From Macrostomum hystrix (lineage: Eukaryota > Animalia > Platyhelminthes): a stretch of DNA of 64,000 bases. Under the pieces are notes generated by a model. It worked only from the letters and a program-made list of their open reading frames with translations, searched no databases and was not told the DNA's origin. Position numbers and translations under genes: made by a program. Shown in pieces: positions 47,586-59,357 of the stretch (positions within the stretch are counted from its first letter, which is position 1; every line of letters begins with the position of its first letter). The stretch lies in NCBI GenBank assembly GCA_950097015.1, contig CATNEN010000038.1:20026001-20090000 (forward strand). Direction: 5' to 3'.

Positions 47586-47887
47586 CTGGACCCGCAGCCA
47601 GCGAGGAGGCAATTCTGCCTATTTCGCTGACTCCTGAGCACACACGCACACAGATACTGTACGCACACGCTCACACAGGTGTGTACATTTGCTCTGACTT
47701 TCTCATCGTCAGGCAGTGTAAACTTCATTGTGCCTCGGAGGTTGGTTGGCCCTCAAGGGCGTATATTGCCACCAAAAGCCACCAAGCCTTCTTTTCGTGG
47801 CTGCGCCCCAATTTAATGTGGCCTCGCCGCGGAATCGAACTTAAGGACCTTTGTGCGAGGCAAACGCGTTAACCGCTCTGCCACCGA
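47586..47887 (-). mobile_element. SINE family A downstream of ADAT2
   Basis: Near full-length reverse complement of family A. Confidence 0.8.
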
Positions 47888-48658
47888 CCTTCGCTGCAAT
47901 GAATTGCTTTATGCAGTCAAAGTTCCATATAAGCGTTACTATTGAGATTTGTCGATGCTATTCTATTGAGTATTGTAGCATCTACTTTGAACCGGAAACA
48001 GAATCCGCACTTCCGATTTGACGCCTTGTGCAAACTTGATTTTCCACTGCAGAGCTATCGCATACTCAATGCTTCTACACTGTTCTGTACTTAAAACACT
48101 TTGCTGATCGGCTGCAAACTTGTGGGTGAGAAATTGTTTTATAGCGCTTAACTCGCACGTTCAGCGTTTGAGCAAACGAAATTTGATCCGACGGAATTCA
48201 TTGAATACATTTTTTACTGTTCATGGCCAACCTTTGTGTGTAGTTTGTCGGCTACACTCTCTTTTTGGCAGCATTGGCAAGTCTATAATTTCACAGACAG
48301 CTAGGATAATACTGCCTATAGCTGCTACTTAATCAAGATCAACTAACAGTTACTCTTCCCGTCCATTATAGAATCCCCTACAGTTTTTCGCTATTGAAAA
48401 AGACGGACTCTCCGATTAAAAAAGAAAACAAATGCATTTGCGATGACAGCTAATATACTGGCTATATGCCTTGGATTGTCAGTATAATATTTTATTTTAG
48501 AAGGTTATAGAGGACCCTATTTTAACTTGTCTGCAAAACTACAGAACTTTAAGTTTTTGTCTCGTTGTAGTGTGAATTGGCCGTTGCTTCTCAAACAACA
48601 ATGCGCAATAATTGACCATAGTAGATTAGTGTATCTATAGTGTATTTACAATTGTGTA

Positions 48659-49340
48659 TTGTGACTGACTGGGTTGTGACTCACTGAATTGTGTGACTGG
48701 CTGGGTGACTGGGTTGTGACTAGCCCGGTTGTGACTGACTGGGTTGTGACTAGCTGGGTTGTGACTCACTGGATTGTAAATCACTGAATTGTGACTGGGT
48801 TGTGACTCACTGGATTGTGAATCACTGAATTGTGACTGGCTGGGTTGTGACTGGCTGGGTTGTGACTGGCTGGGTTGTGACTCACTGGATTGTGAATCAC
48901 TGAATTGTGACTGGGTTGTGACTGGCTGGGTTGTGACTGGCTGGGTTGTGACTCACTGGATTGTGAATCACTGAATTGTGACTGGGTTGTGACTGGCTGG
49001 GTTGTGACTAGCTGGGTTGTGACTAGCTGGGTTGTGACTGGGGTTGTGACTGGGTTGTGACTGGCTGGGTTGTGACTCACTGGATTGTGAATCACTGAAT
49101 TGTGACTGGGTTGTGACTGGCTGGGTTGTGACTCACTGGATTGTGAATCACTGAATTGTGACTGGGTTGTGACTGGCTGGGTTGTGACTAGCTGGGTTGT
49201 GACTGGGGTTGTGACTGGCTGGGTTGTGACTGGGTTGTGACTGACTGGGTTGTGACTCACTGGATTGTGAATCACTGAATTGTGACTGGGTTGTGACTGG
49301 GTTGTGACTGGCTGGTTTTGTGACTGGGGTTGTGACTGGG
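48659..49340. repeat. Composite GGGTTGTGACT(GGCT) minisatellite
   Basis: 11- and 15-bp subunits interleaved with CACTGGATTGTGAATCACTGAATTGTGACT. Confidence 0.92.
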
Positions 49341-51371
49341 TACGAGTATACAAGATATAATTGTATATAAAAGATTAGCATATACATCGGCACATGTCAA
49401 GCTGCATGTAGTAGGTCTTCTAAAAGCTTTGCTAATCTAGAAAAAAAAAGATATTTCGTCTTAATGGCTGAAAACTTTCAGCGGATATTTTGATGGATAT
49501 TTCAATTTGAACAGACGTGGCTTCCCTGTTGCTATTTTTATCACAGACAATTACATTTCGAAACATTAATAACCAGTCTAATTAAACAAATTAGTTGGAC
49601 CTACACGAAAATTTCAATGGGAAAATATTGAATGTATTTATAGTCACTTGCAATGATTAGCAGCACATTATTTTTATAAAGTAAATATTCATACTTTTCC
49701 GAATAATCATTTTAAAATAATTTTTTAACATTCTATTCATTCGGCAACCAAGTATTATAGCAATATTTACACGTCAAAATGGTTCAGCTATATAGTTAAA
49801 TTGTTTTACGGGTTGCACTCGTTCAGTCTCTATTGAATCGTGCCGCACAATTCGATTCCAGTTCTTTATCCCAGATCGCGCGCAGAGAATAAAAGAAAAA
49901 GCTGCTCACAGATGCAGCCTGTCTCAGTCATGTCTTGGCGTTTTCTGATGTGAATTTCAGCATTAAAAAACTGCTTACGGCTTAGAACCGGCTTAAAAAC
50001 TGCTTTTAACTGAATGTATACGAATTTCGTGCGAACGTTTGCATGGCAAATTACAAAAACTACGAAGAAATAATCTGCGAATACAGTATTAATAGTGGTC
50101 GCGTAATGGTCGCGCTATGACCCCAGCGCGACATATCACCCCTTCCCGCGACGTAACTTTGCGACGTTTACGCGACGTTGCCGCCGCGACGAAGTGTGTT
50201 AGGGCTAAGACCGGATGGTTCTATATAGGGGAAATTTTAACAGCCATCAAAATGTTTTCAAACAGCAGTTGCAGTAAAGGCTAAAAAGTGTGCCTATATA
50301 TGCATTTGTGCGTCGATCACTATTGATAGGCTATATTGTATGGCATCATTTATGGCAGCTAGCTCACATCTAAAGCTGTCAGTTTTCTGTTCCGGTCGAG
50401 GGTCGGGTGATAAAAATATTAGACTAAAAAAACGCAGATGGCTTTTATGAACACAAGCATCGCGTCGACATTGAAGTATAATAGAAGGAACAATTGAAAC
50501 TCTTTATTTGCTATATTGTACTGCACCGACCACTATCATGTATACGGAACTTTTATTTATCCCATCGTTTAAAGTGAAATGGCAGTTACATGTGAAGCTA
50601 CAACTTACAGATTAGCTACTTCCAGGACTTAGAGTAAACTCGCGTTGTAAACTAAATTGCTTTAATTTGCGATTCCATTTTTGCGTGAAAAATTATGTCA
50701 ACATGCAGTTTACTGCGAAAAACGGCATGCAGCTTAATTTGTATAGCAGTTAACTTTAGATCATAATTGATCATAATTAATAGGACAGAAATGCACACGC
50801 GTTAACAAGTACGCACGACATGCAGTGCTTATCCGTAATCGTGTAATTTATATTTCCTATTTGAGCACTATGAATATTACGAGCTAAAAGAAAATTATCA
50901 CATATAGGGTCTTCTGGGAAATCAACAGCTTGTGCTATATTCTGTGATTGGAAAAAATAAAACTCAGATTTGAAAGCGAAAGTATACGAGTACGCTCGCT
51001 GTTTTATACTTGAAGTCTCTTTTGACTATTTTAAATAAATTACTCGTAATTAAAGGTAAATAAAATAATGGGAAGATACTAGATAGTGTCATATAGACAA
51101 CTGAAAAGCCAAAAATGAAGCTCTACCATAGACAGGAGAATTTTCGCACGCTTATGATTCGCCAAACATTACTTGCACTCTGAGTGGCAATCGTTCATGC
51201 TATAATGGTACGAAGTTCACTTGTTGGCTATAGACAAAATGACAATGACCGCGTTTTTCAATTTTACTTTTTCCGGTACTTGTTCATGTACCTAGGGTTC
51301 AGACAGTAGAATAATATTTCAGAGTGTAAAACACTGTCTAAAATCTTCTAAAATTCTAAAATTCTAAAATT

Positions 51372-54300
51372 CTAGACAACGGACACTTGAAGCATCGCAC
51401 TATCATTGTTGCCTTCATGCATTGTCAACTGATTTAAGCGTGGTCTTTCTGAAGCATCGACTGTAGTAGCCGTCGCACAAGTTGTCGATTCGTCCAACAA
51501 AATACCTATTAGTTCTTCGTCTTCGTCGCTGTTCGAGCACCTGTTGTTTACCGCCCTGGAGTCGGCCATGGCTCCGCTGCTGGCGCCGCAGCCCGCAGTA
51601 CCGTTAGACAGCTCTTTGAAGCGACTCTTAAATCGATAATAGTTGAACACAGCTTGAAGACATTTGACGCCGAATAGACAAAGAAATTCCATCAGTTCAA
51701 CGAAGGTCACAAGCGACATGCCGGCCCACAAGCCGCCGATGCCTCCTAGCTCGGACAGGACTTCAACAAACGAGTAGGAAGGTGACTCGCGAACCAGCGT
51801 GCCTTTGGACTCTTCGGCGAAGACGTGAAGTTTGACGAAATTCTCGCGCACAAATCGCAGGCTGGTGTTCCAGGAGCGAACTCGATCGATGCTTGACGAG
51901 CTTGAGTCGTTGTCGTAGTCGAGAATAAGGTCAATCAGTGGAATGCCATGGAACTGTCTGTGCAGTGCAAAATTACAACATAAGTTCTGAAGCAAGTCAA
52001 AAAGCTATATTCAGAATTCGATAAGCTCATGATAAACTCCAGGGATGAGTGGCAGAGTGGTCTAACGCGTTTGGCTCTCGCACCAAGGTCCCTGAGCTCG
52101 ATTCCGTGGCGAGGCCACATTAATTTGTGACCAACCTCCATGCAAGGCACAAAAATGTGGAGGGTACACTGCTTGACGATTAGAAAGTCAGAGAAGATGT
52201 ACACACAAGTATGAGTGTGTGCTCAGGAGTCAGTGCATAATGGGCAGAATTGCATTTTCAATATTATGCAGCCATTGCTTCACTTTTTGTAAACGAGCTC
52301 GTACCTGTAAGCCAGTGAGCCTGGAGGCCCCATCACGAAGGTGTGCACAAAAGCCTCTAAATCTGAATAGGTAGGCCATGGTGCCGCCGCAGCTGAATAA
52401 GCGTAATTATTCCGGCTGCACTCTTGCACCCTGGCGCACTCGGTTACAAACGCATTGGACATTGTCTGTCGGACACGCCTCTCAACATCGATGTACTTTT
52501 GTAATTGACGCAGCTTTTGCCTTGCCGTTGTGGCGTTACCAATTCGAGAATCGGCCGGCTTCGAGAAGTCAACGTAGTGACAGAGCCGGCCTCGGTCTGT
52601 GTTGGGCAGAAAGGTGGACTCGCAGCCGCATAGCTCTCGCAGAGTGGCTTGCCAGCGCTGCACTACGCAGTCCTGCGATCGCTGTTTGAACTCGCGCATC
52701 CTCTGCGGCTCGGCCACCTTCGTTTAAGACCATGGGGGTGTTTCAAATACCCACAGCTGTTTTCTTTATTCTTTTGTATCTCCGAAAACATTCAACCAAT
52801 CGCTACGAAAATCAAGGTGATCTAACCCGATTATCTATCCGATAAAACAATTTCCGTATTCACAAAACATCGTCGTGATAAACCATTAATATCGGAAACA
52901 TTTTCTGCTCACAAAATTTCATCATACTCGTATAACTATGTCGGCTTTCAATTTAGACTATTTTGTATTTATTAAATTGTTAACTTATACCCTTGGGTCT
53001 TTCCCTAGGGGGAGTAGCTCGTCCTTTACACTAGTCCTTTACACTTGTCGCATAGTCCTCTGCACATGGTTCGGTGTTTACTATATGTTTTAACTGGAAG
53101 GGGAACTAGTTGCTAGTCTCATATACTAAAATTGTTTATTCGAGAGGGTGTATCTCTGTTTATCTCCTATATACAACGATTCTCTTATCGACATTGGGCA
53201 TTTTGCTAGTCTTTTATACAAATTTTGTATTGCTGTGGCATTTCTACTATATGAATCTAAACTTTATCCCGATAGCCTTTACGAAAGGGCATATTTTATA
53301 TAGGAAAATATGGACACAAGTTGCACCTATAAACCTGTAATTTGGGCCAGATTTGCAGACAGTGGTACGATCGCCAGTGGGACACCATTTTTTAAACCTT
53401 GGCCTGCGATTCGAACTCCGAACCTTCTCTCGGCATTCGAATCGCTAACAGCTTGACAGGGAACATAGCAGATTTTTCTCACCCAATAGGCCACCCGACC
53501 GTAGTCGTCGACGCAACGATTATCAGAACGATTAACGTAGACATTGCGAGTCATGCGAAAGCGCAAGTCGGAGCTCCAGCCGTTTCCAACGTCGACACCT
53601 TCCCAGTACAGGTGCGGATAGGTGTCTGGCTCGTGTAGCAGGACTCGAATACCGCTTGATGTCTGAGCGCCCGCCTTGCCAAATACAGTGCTTAATTGCT
53701 CCAGAACGCTGCGCTTTCTACTGGGTGGATAGGATACAATGTAGTCTCCGGTGTCCGATATGTCTCCCTTTGGCACTGTGCTAGTGTACATGATAATCTG
53801 CAGTCCGTCCGAGGGACCTGTGCCCTGCACGCTGCGATCTCTGCACGCGGGACATTGGGGTCGGGTGGGAAGTGAAACTTGATTACTTATCTCAAATCAT
53901 AGCTCAAAATGAGTGGCCTGAGGTTTGACCCTCAATAGCGAAAATTGCACGACAAGCCCCTAAACCTTATCTCCGCGGCTGCAACCCACAAAAATGTGGC
54001 CTCGCCTTGGAATCGAGCTCAGGGACCTTGGTGCGAGAGGCAAACGCGTTGACTACTCTGCCACTCACCCGGGTCGGATGAGGCGGCATCACAAAGTCAA
54101 ACTTTTTTTAACGCACAGGTTTTTAGCTAGCCTTTATCTCTCCTTTTCCTCGTCTCTGATTGGTTCACTTTTCATCTATCTTTCCTCACCCACCTCATTT
54201 TTTATCTCTTCCCCTCTGGTCGTCATCAGTCCGTTAACCTTCAGCCAAAGCGCACTTCTTTTCTCTATCGCTAGTTTTTTAATGTACTCGTATTAATGCT

Positions 54301-56707
54301 CGGCCTGAAAGCCTCGTGTTTAAGCTCTATTTATTGCGTGAAGTCAGTGCATGACTATCACTGCCATTTAGTACTCACTTCGGCCGAAAACTCCAACAGT
54401 TCCAATAGTGCGGACTTTGCAATAACTGAAAGTCCTCTGCTCTACACCTGGCCTTCTTATAGAAGCAGCCAACTAGGCCTAGGGACAGATTGTAGCCTAG
54501 CTCGGCAGTGGGCCTACTAGCCCAATAGTGCTGCAGAAATTGATACCAGTTGAAGTAATCGTGCGTGCTAAACAGATTGCGCAATCGATCAGGTCGACCA
54601 GCGTACATCTTTCTGTATACCTGTTTGAGATCCTGCAACAGCGCTGCCATACTTTCCTCCGCATCTATTCTAGGCGAACTGTTGTAGTGCAACAGGTACT
54701 GCGGCATTGGTTTCAAATTGCATATTGTTACGTCCGGGAAGATCGTGTCGACACCCTGATTCAATATGAGAGTATTGACAGGTGTGAGTATGAACTGGCT
54801 GACGGTTAGATAGACATGATAGCAGCCGGCTGCGGTGGTCAGACAGGTCAGGATTAGCCAGAAGGCACGTCTGGCGTAGCTATCTACCTGTGGGTTGTGC
54901 AAAATAAAAGTACACGAACGGCTTATACTCTTAACGCGATGTACTAGCTTGAATTTTTCTTATCTGTTTCTCGATAGCCCAGCATAGCTCGTATACCTCT
55001 TTTTGCCAGCTCCAATGGGATTTGAATTCAGATTCAATTTGTTCCAGCAGCTATTCACATTACATACAAGTTATATATACTCTAATACGTGTTGGTGCTT
55101 ACTAGAATTAAGTACTTAAGCCCTTGACCAATAACTCACAGACTCTCTCCCGGAAAATAACTCCTAGATAGTTGTTTTTTTCTTAAACTATGCACTTTTT
55201 TATTTCTTAATCGTCAATTATTATTTTTTTCCAAAGAAGTTTGACGTTGAAAATAAAAGTACAAAGCTCGCATGGAGACAAAAAATGCCTAAAAGCTTTA
55301 ATTTAAGCGAGTGCAGCCACTCAAGTTAATTGCTTGTCAAGAACACTGAAAACAGCAGCGGCAGTCTTAATATGATGCAAAAAAGCATTTGATTGCCATT
55401 GCTGCATGATTTCTGTTTGCTAAATTAAACACATGCTTAATTAAGCCAATTTACAAAATGACAAATCCTATTTAGTCAAGTACTTTCATACGATCTAGGG
55501 ACAAGCGTCTTTGAAGATAATTTTTATTGAAATGACTTTATTGAATCTGGGAGAATATAGATAGACGACCTATACAGGATTGAGTGATGCATATTATTAT
55601 AACAAATATAAACTGTTGGAAGAATATACCTGACATCACGGCACAGACTTGACATTAAGTGCAAGCGACTGTTGCAGATGTTTGGTTAATGGGAAACGAG
55701 AGAGACAATTCTAGAGACAGAATGGCATAGAGGAAATAACAGTGAATGAGAGAGGGAATGAGAGAGGGAATGAGAGAGGGAATGAGAGAGGGAATGAGAG
55801 AGGGAATGAGAGAGGGAATGAGAGAGGGAATGAGAGAGGGAATGAGAGAGGGAATGAGAGAATCAGAGAATCAGAGAGAGGGAATGAGAGAATCAGAAAA
55901 TCAGAGAGAGGGAATGCGAGAATCAGAGAATCAGAGAGAGGGAATGAGAGAATAAGAGAATCAGAGAGAGGGAATGCGAGAATGAGAGAATCAGAGAGGG
56001 AATGCGAGAATGAGAGAATCAGAGAGAGGGAATGAGAGAATCAGAGAATAAGAGAGAGGGAATGCGAGAATCAGAGAATCAGAGAGAGGGAATGAGAGAA
56101 TAAGAGAATCAGAGAGAGGGAATGCGAGAATGAGAGAATCAGAGAGGGAATGCGAGAATGAGAGAATCAGAGAGAGGGAATGAGAGAATCAGAGAATCAG
56201 AGAGAGGGAATGAGAGAATCAGAGAATCAGAGAGAGGGAATGAGAGAATGAGAGAATCAGAGAGAGGGAATGCGAGAATCAGAGAATCAGAGAGAGGGAA
56301 TGAGAGAATAAGAGAATCAGAGAGGGAATGCGAGAATGAGAGAATCAGAGAGGGAATGCGAGAATGAGAGAATCAGAGAGAGGGAATGAGAGAATGAGAG
56401 AATCAGAGAGAGGGAATGAGAGAGAGGGAATGAGAGAGAGGGAATGAGACAGGGAGTAAGAGATAAGGAATGAGACGAAATGGTAATCTAGCAAGCAGCC
56501 ACCCACCTGGAACAGCTGGGCTACGCCGTGCATGCTGGTGTTGTCAGCGAACCTACTGGCATATAGGAACACGCCCTTCATTGCCACCCGTGTAGCCGCG
56601 GCTGCGTCTGCTTTAGCCTTGGCCTCGCTAGGCGAAAAATGGTTGCTAGGGTTCGTAGCAACCGAATTGCGACGATCGCAATGTCCGAATTGATTTATTG
56701 TTGTCAT
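51372..56707 (-). CDS. DEG/ENaC (ASIC/FaNaC-like) sodium channel subunit
   Basis: Exons 56707-56507, 54887-54379, 53840-53483, 52717-52305 (or -52284), 51957-51372. Pre-TM1 NTSMHG, TM1 RRAFWLIL, FPDVTICN, YWNCWSF, GPSDGL, GIRVLLHEP, CGC, TM2 SELGGIGGLWAGMSLVTFVE (GxS filter). Confidence 0.9.
52041..52260 (+). mobile_element. SINE family A in the last DEG/ENaC intron
   Basis: Head GAGTGGCAGAGTGGTCTAACGCG, B box, internally deleted body. Confidence 0.75.
53935..54071 (-). mobile_element. SINE family A 5' half in DEG/ENaC intron 2
   Basis: Reverse complement of the family A head and the following ~130 nt. Confidence 0.75.
55744..56450. repeat. GA-rich 12-bp/8-bp composite repeat, DEG/ENaC intron 1
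   Basis: GAGAGAGGGAAT and GAGAATCA units. Confidence 0.95.
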
Positions 56708-57027
56708 TATTGAGGCTATACAAAAGCTTTTTTATTGACAGAAAAGCTTTGCTACCCTGATAGATATTTTTTAGTTATATATAATATAAAATACACGCAG
56801 AAAGCATTTGGACTGCAGCTGGTCATTGGCTGAGCAGTTCTAATGCATTTCGATTGGCTTCGGGGAAAGGAATGAAATCAAAAGTCTGACTGTAATCTTA
56901 CATGTAACTTTCAACATAAGCCATAGGATGCTCAGCTATTATATTCAGCAGTTATAGTCACATCGTCTTTCAAAATTATTACTTTGAAATATTTCACTCG
57001 TTGCTCAGAATATCCCTCTATTGAGAA

Positions 57028-57548
57028 GTATGTCAATCTATCTAGCAGTATGTCACTCTATATAGTAACTTATCTAGTAGTATGTCATTGCTTCTAGCAG
57101 TATGTCACTCAATCTAGCAGTATGTCACTCCGTCTAGCAGTATGTCACTCCGTCTTGCAGTATGTCACTCAATCTAGCAGTATGTCACTCCATCTAGCAG
57201 TATGTCACTCAATCTAGCAGTATGTCACTCCATCTAGCAGTATGTCACTCAATCTAGCAGTATGTCACTCAATCTAGCAGTATGTCACTCCGTCTAGCAG
57301 TATGTCACTCAATCTAGCAGTATGTCACTCCGTCTTGCAGTATGTCACTCCGTCTAGCAGTATTTCACCCTATCTAGCAGTATGTCACTCAATCTAGCAG
57401 TATGTCACTCAATCTAGCAGTATGTCACTCAATCTAGCAGTATGTCACTCCGTCTTGCAGCATGTCACTCCGTCTAGCAGTATTTCACTCTATCTAGCAG
57501 TATGTCACTTCATCTAGCAGTATGTCATTTAATCTAGCAGTATGTCAC
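57028..57548. repeat. 20-bp minisatellite upstream of the DEG/ENaC start
   Basis: Unit TCTAGCAGTATGTCACTCAA. Confidence 0.95.
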
Positions 57549-58236
57549 CATGGCTGTTGCATACATAAAACATAGATAAAATATAAAACTGCACAAACTT
57601 AGGCTGTGATCAACAATTGAGTGAGTGAGGCAGTTAAAATTTACCGAATTTATTAGACAATGAGGCAAGGCATTAAAAATTTTCATGATAAAGATAGATA
57701 ATTAAATTATTATTACTAAAATATAGCCGTCTTAAGGTAAAAAGTCAAGTAAGTACAATAATAGAGATAGCTAATATGAACAGTCATGTTCTCAGCAAGC
57801 ATCCTTAGAAATAAGCTGTGGCACACGATTTTCACTTTGCCCATAACGCTGACGACACTAAAAGCAACAGCAGCAGCAGCAGCAACACTGTCGTGAAAAA
57901 AGACAAAGCAAAATTATCTACTTAAGGAAAAAATGGCATGATTATAATAGCGTTAACAGCATGGATTGCTAGACTAACAAGAAAGGTTTAATTACACCGT
58001 ATTTCAATAATCTCAGTGTGATAGTATCGAGTAAGAATAGACTAGCAATCCATGTACTTTTAAGAATTAGAACAAGTTAAGCTATATTAGCTCGAGTCTT
58101 AAAAATGCAGGCATTAGCAAGTTAGTGAACAAGTCAACTAGCAGAAAATAAAGTTTTTATTCTAAAAAAGCGAGTTTAATTAAAAAATTCATGAAACAAC
58201 GAGTACACCTTGACCACAGGTAAAATCTTAATTTGA

Positions 58237-59311
58237 AGGAGGTTAGACTATTGACTTTGAGGATATTATGGGATCCTTGGGGAGGTTAGACTATTGACTT
58301 TGAGGATATTATAGGATCCTTGGGGAGGTTAGACTATTGACTTTAAGGATATTATGGGATCCTTGGGGAGGTTAGACTATTGACTTTGAGGATATTATGG
58401 GATCCTTAGGGAGGTTAGACTATTGACTTTGAGGATATTATGGGATCTTAGGGGAGGTTAGACTATTGACTTTGAGGATATTATGGGATCTTAGGGGAGG
58501 TTAGACTATTGACTTTGAGGATATTATGGGATCCTTGGGGAGGTTAGACTATTGACTTTGAGGATATTATGGGATCCTTGGGGAGGTTAGACTATTGACT
58601 TTGAGGATATTATGGGATCCTTGGGGAGGTTAGACTATTGACTTTGAGGATATTACGGGATCCTTGGGGAGGTTAGACTATTGACTTTGAGGATATTATG
58701 GGATCTTAGGGGAGGTTAGACTATTGACTTTGAGGATATTATGGGATCCTTGGGGAGGTTAGACTATTGACTTTGAGGATATTATGGGATCCTTGGGGAG
58801 GTTAGACTATTGACTTTGAGGATATTATGGGATCCTTAGGGAGGTTAGACTATTGACTTTGAGGATATTATGGGATCCTTGGGGAGGTTAGACTATTGAC
58901 TTTGAGGATATTATGGGATCCTTGGGGAGGTTAGACTATTGACTTTGAGGATATTATGGGATCATTGGGGAGGTTAGACTATTGACTTCGAGGATATTAT
59001 GGGATCTTAGGGGAGGTTAGACTTCTGACTTTGAGGATATTATGGGATCTTAGGGGAGGTTAGACTATTGACTTTGAGAGGATATTATGGGAACTTCGGG
59101 GAGGTTAGACTATTGACTTTGAGAATATTATGGGATCTTAGGGGATGTTAGGGTATTGACTTTGAGAGGATATTATGGGATCTTAGGGGATGATAGGCTA
59201 TTGACTTTGAGAGGATAGAATGGGATCTTAGGGGATGTTAGGCTATTTACTTTGAGGATATTATGGGATCTTAGGGGAGGTTAGGCTATTGACTTTGAGG
59301 ATATTATGGGA
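58237..59311. repeat. 43-bp minisatellite, ~25 copies, just downstream of the MIB2 stop
   Basis: Unit GGGGAGGTTAGACTATTGACTTTGAGGATATTATGGGATCCTT. Confidence 0.97.
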
Positions 59312-59357
59312 TAATCGTAAAGGCAGACATAGACTTTGTACATAACAGGGTCTTGAT

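Noticed and set aside
47695-47716. Hammerhead core in SINE family A (CTGACGA..GAAA GTC on the minus strand)
   Set aside because: No room for stems II and III; CTGAC simply pairs with GTCAG as a hairpin.
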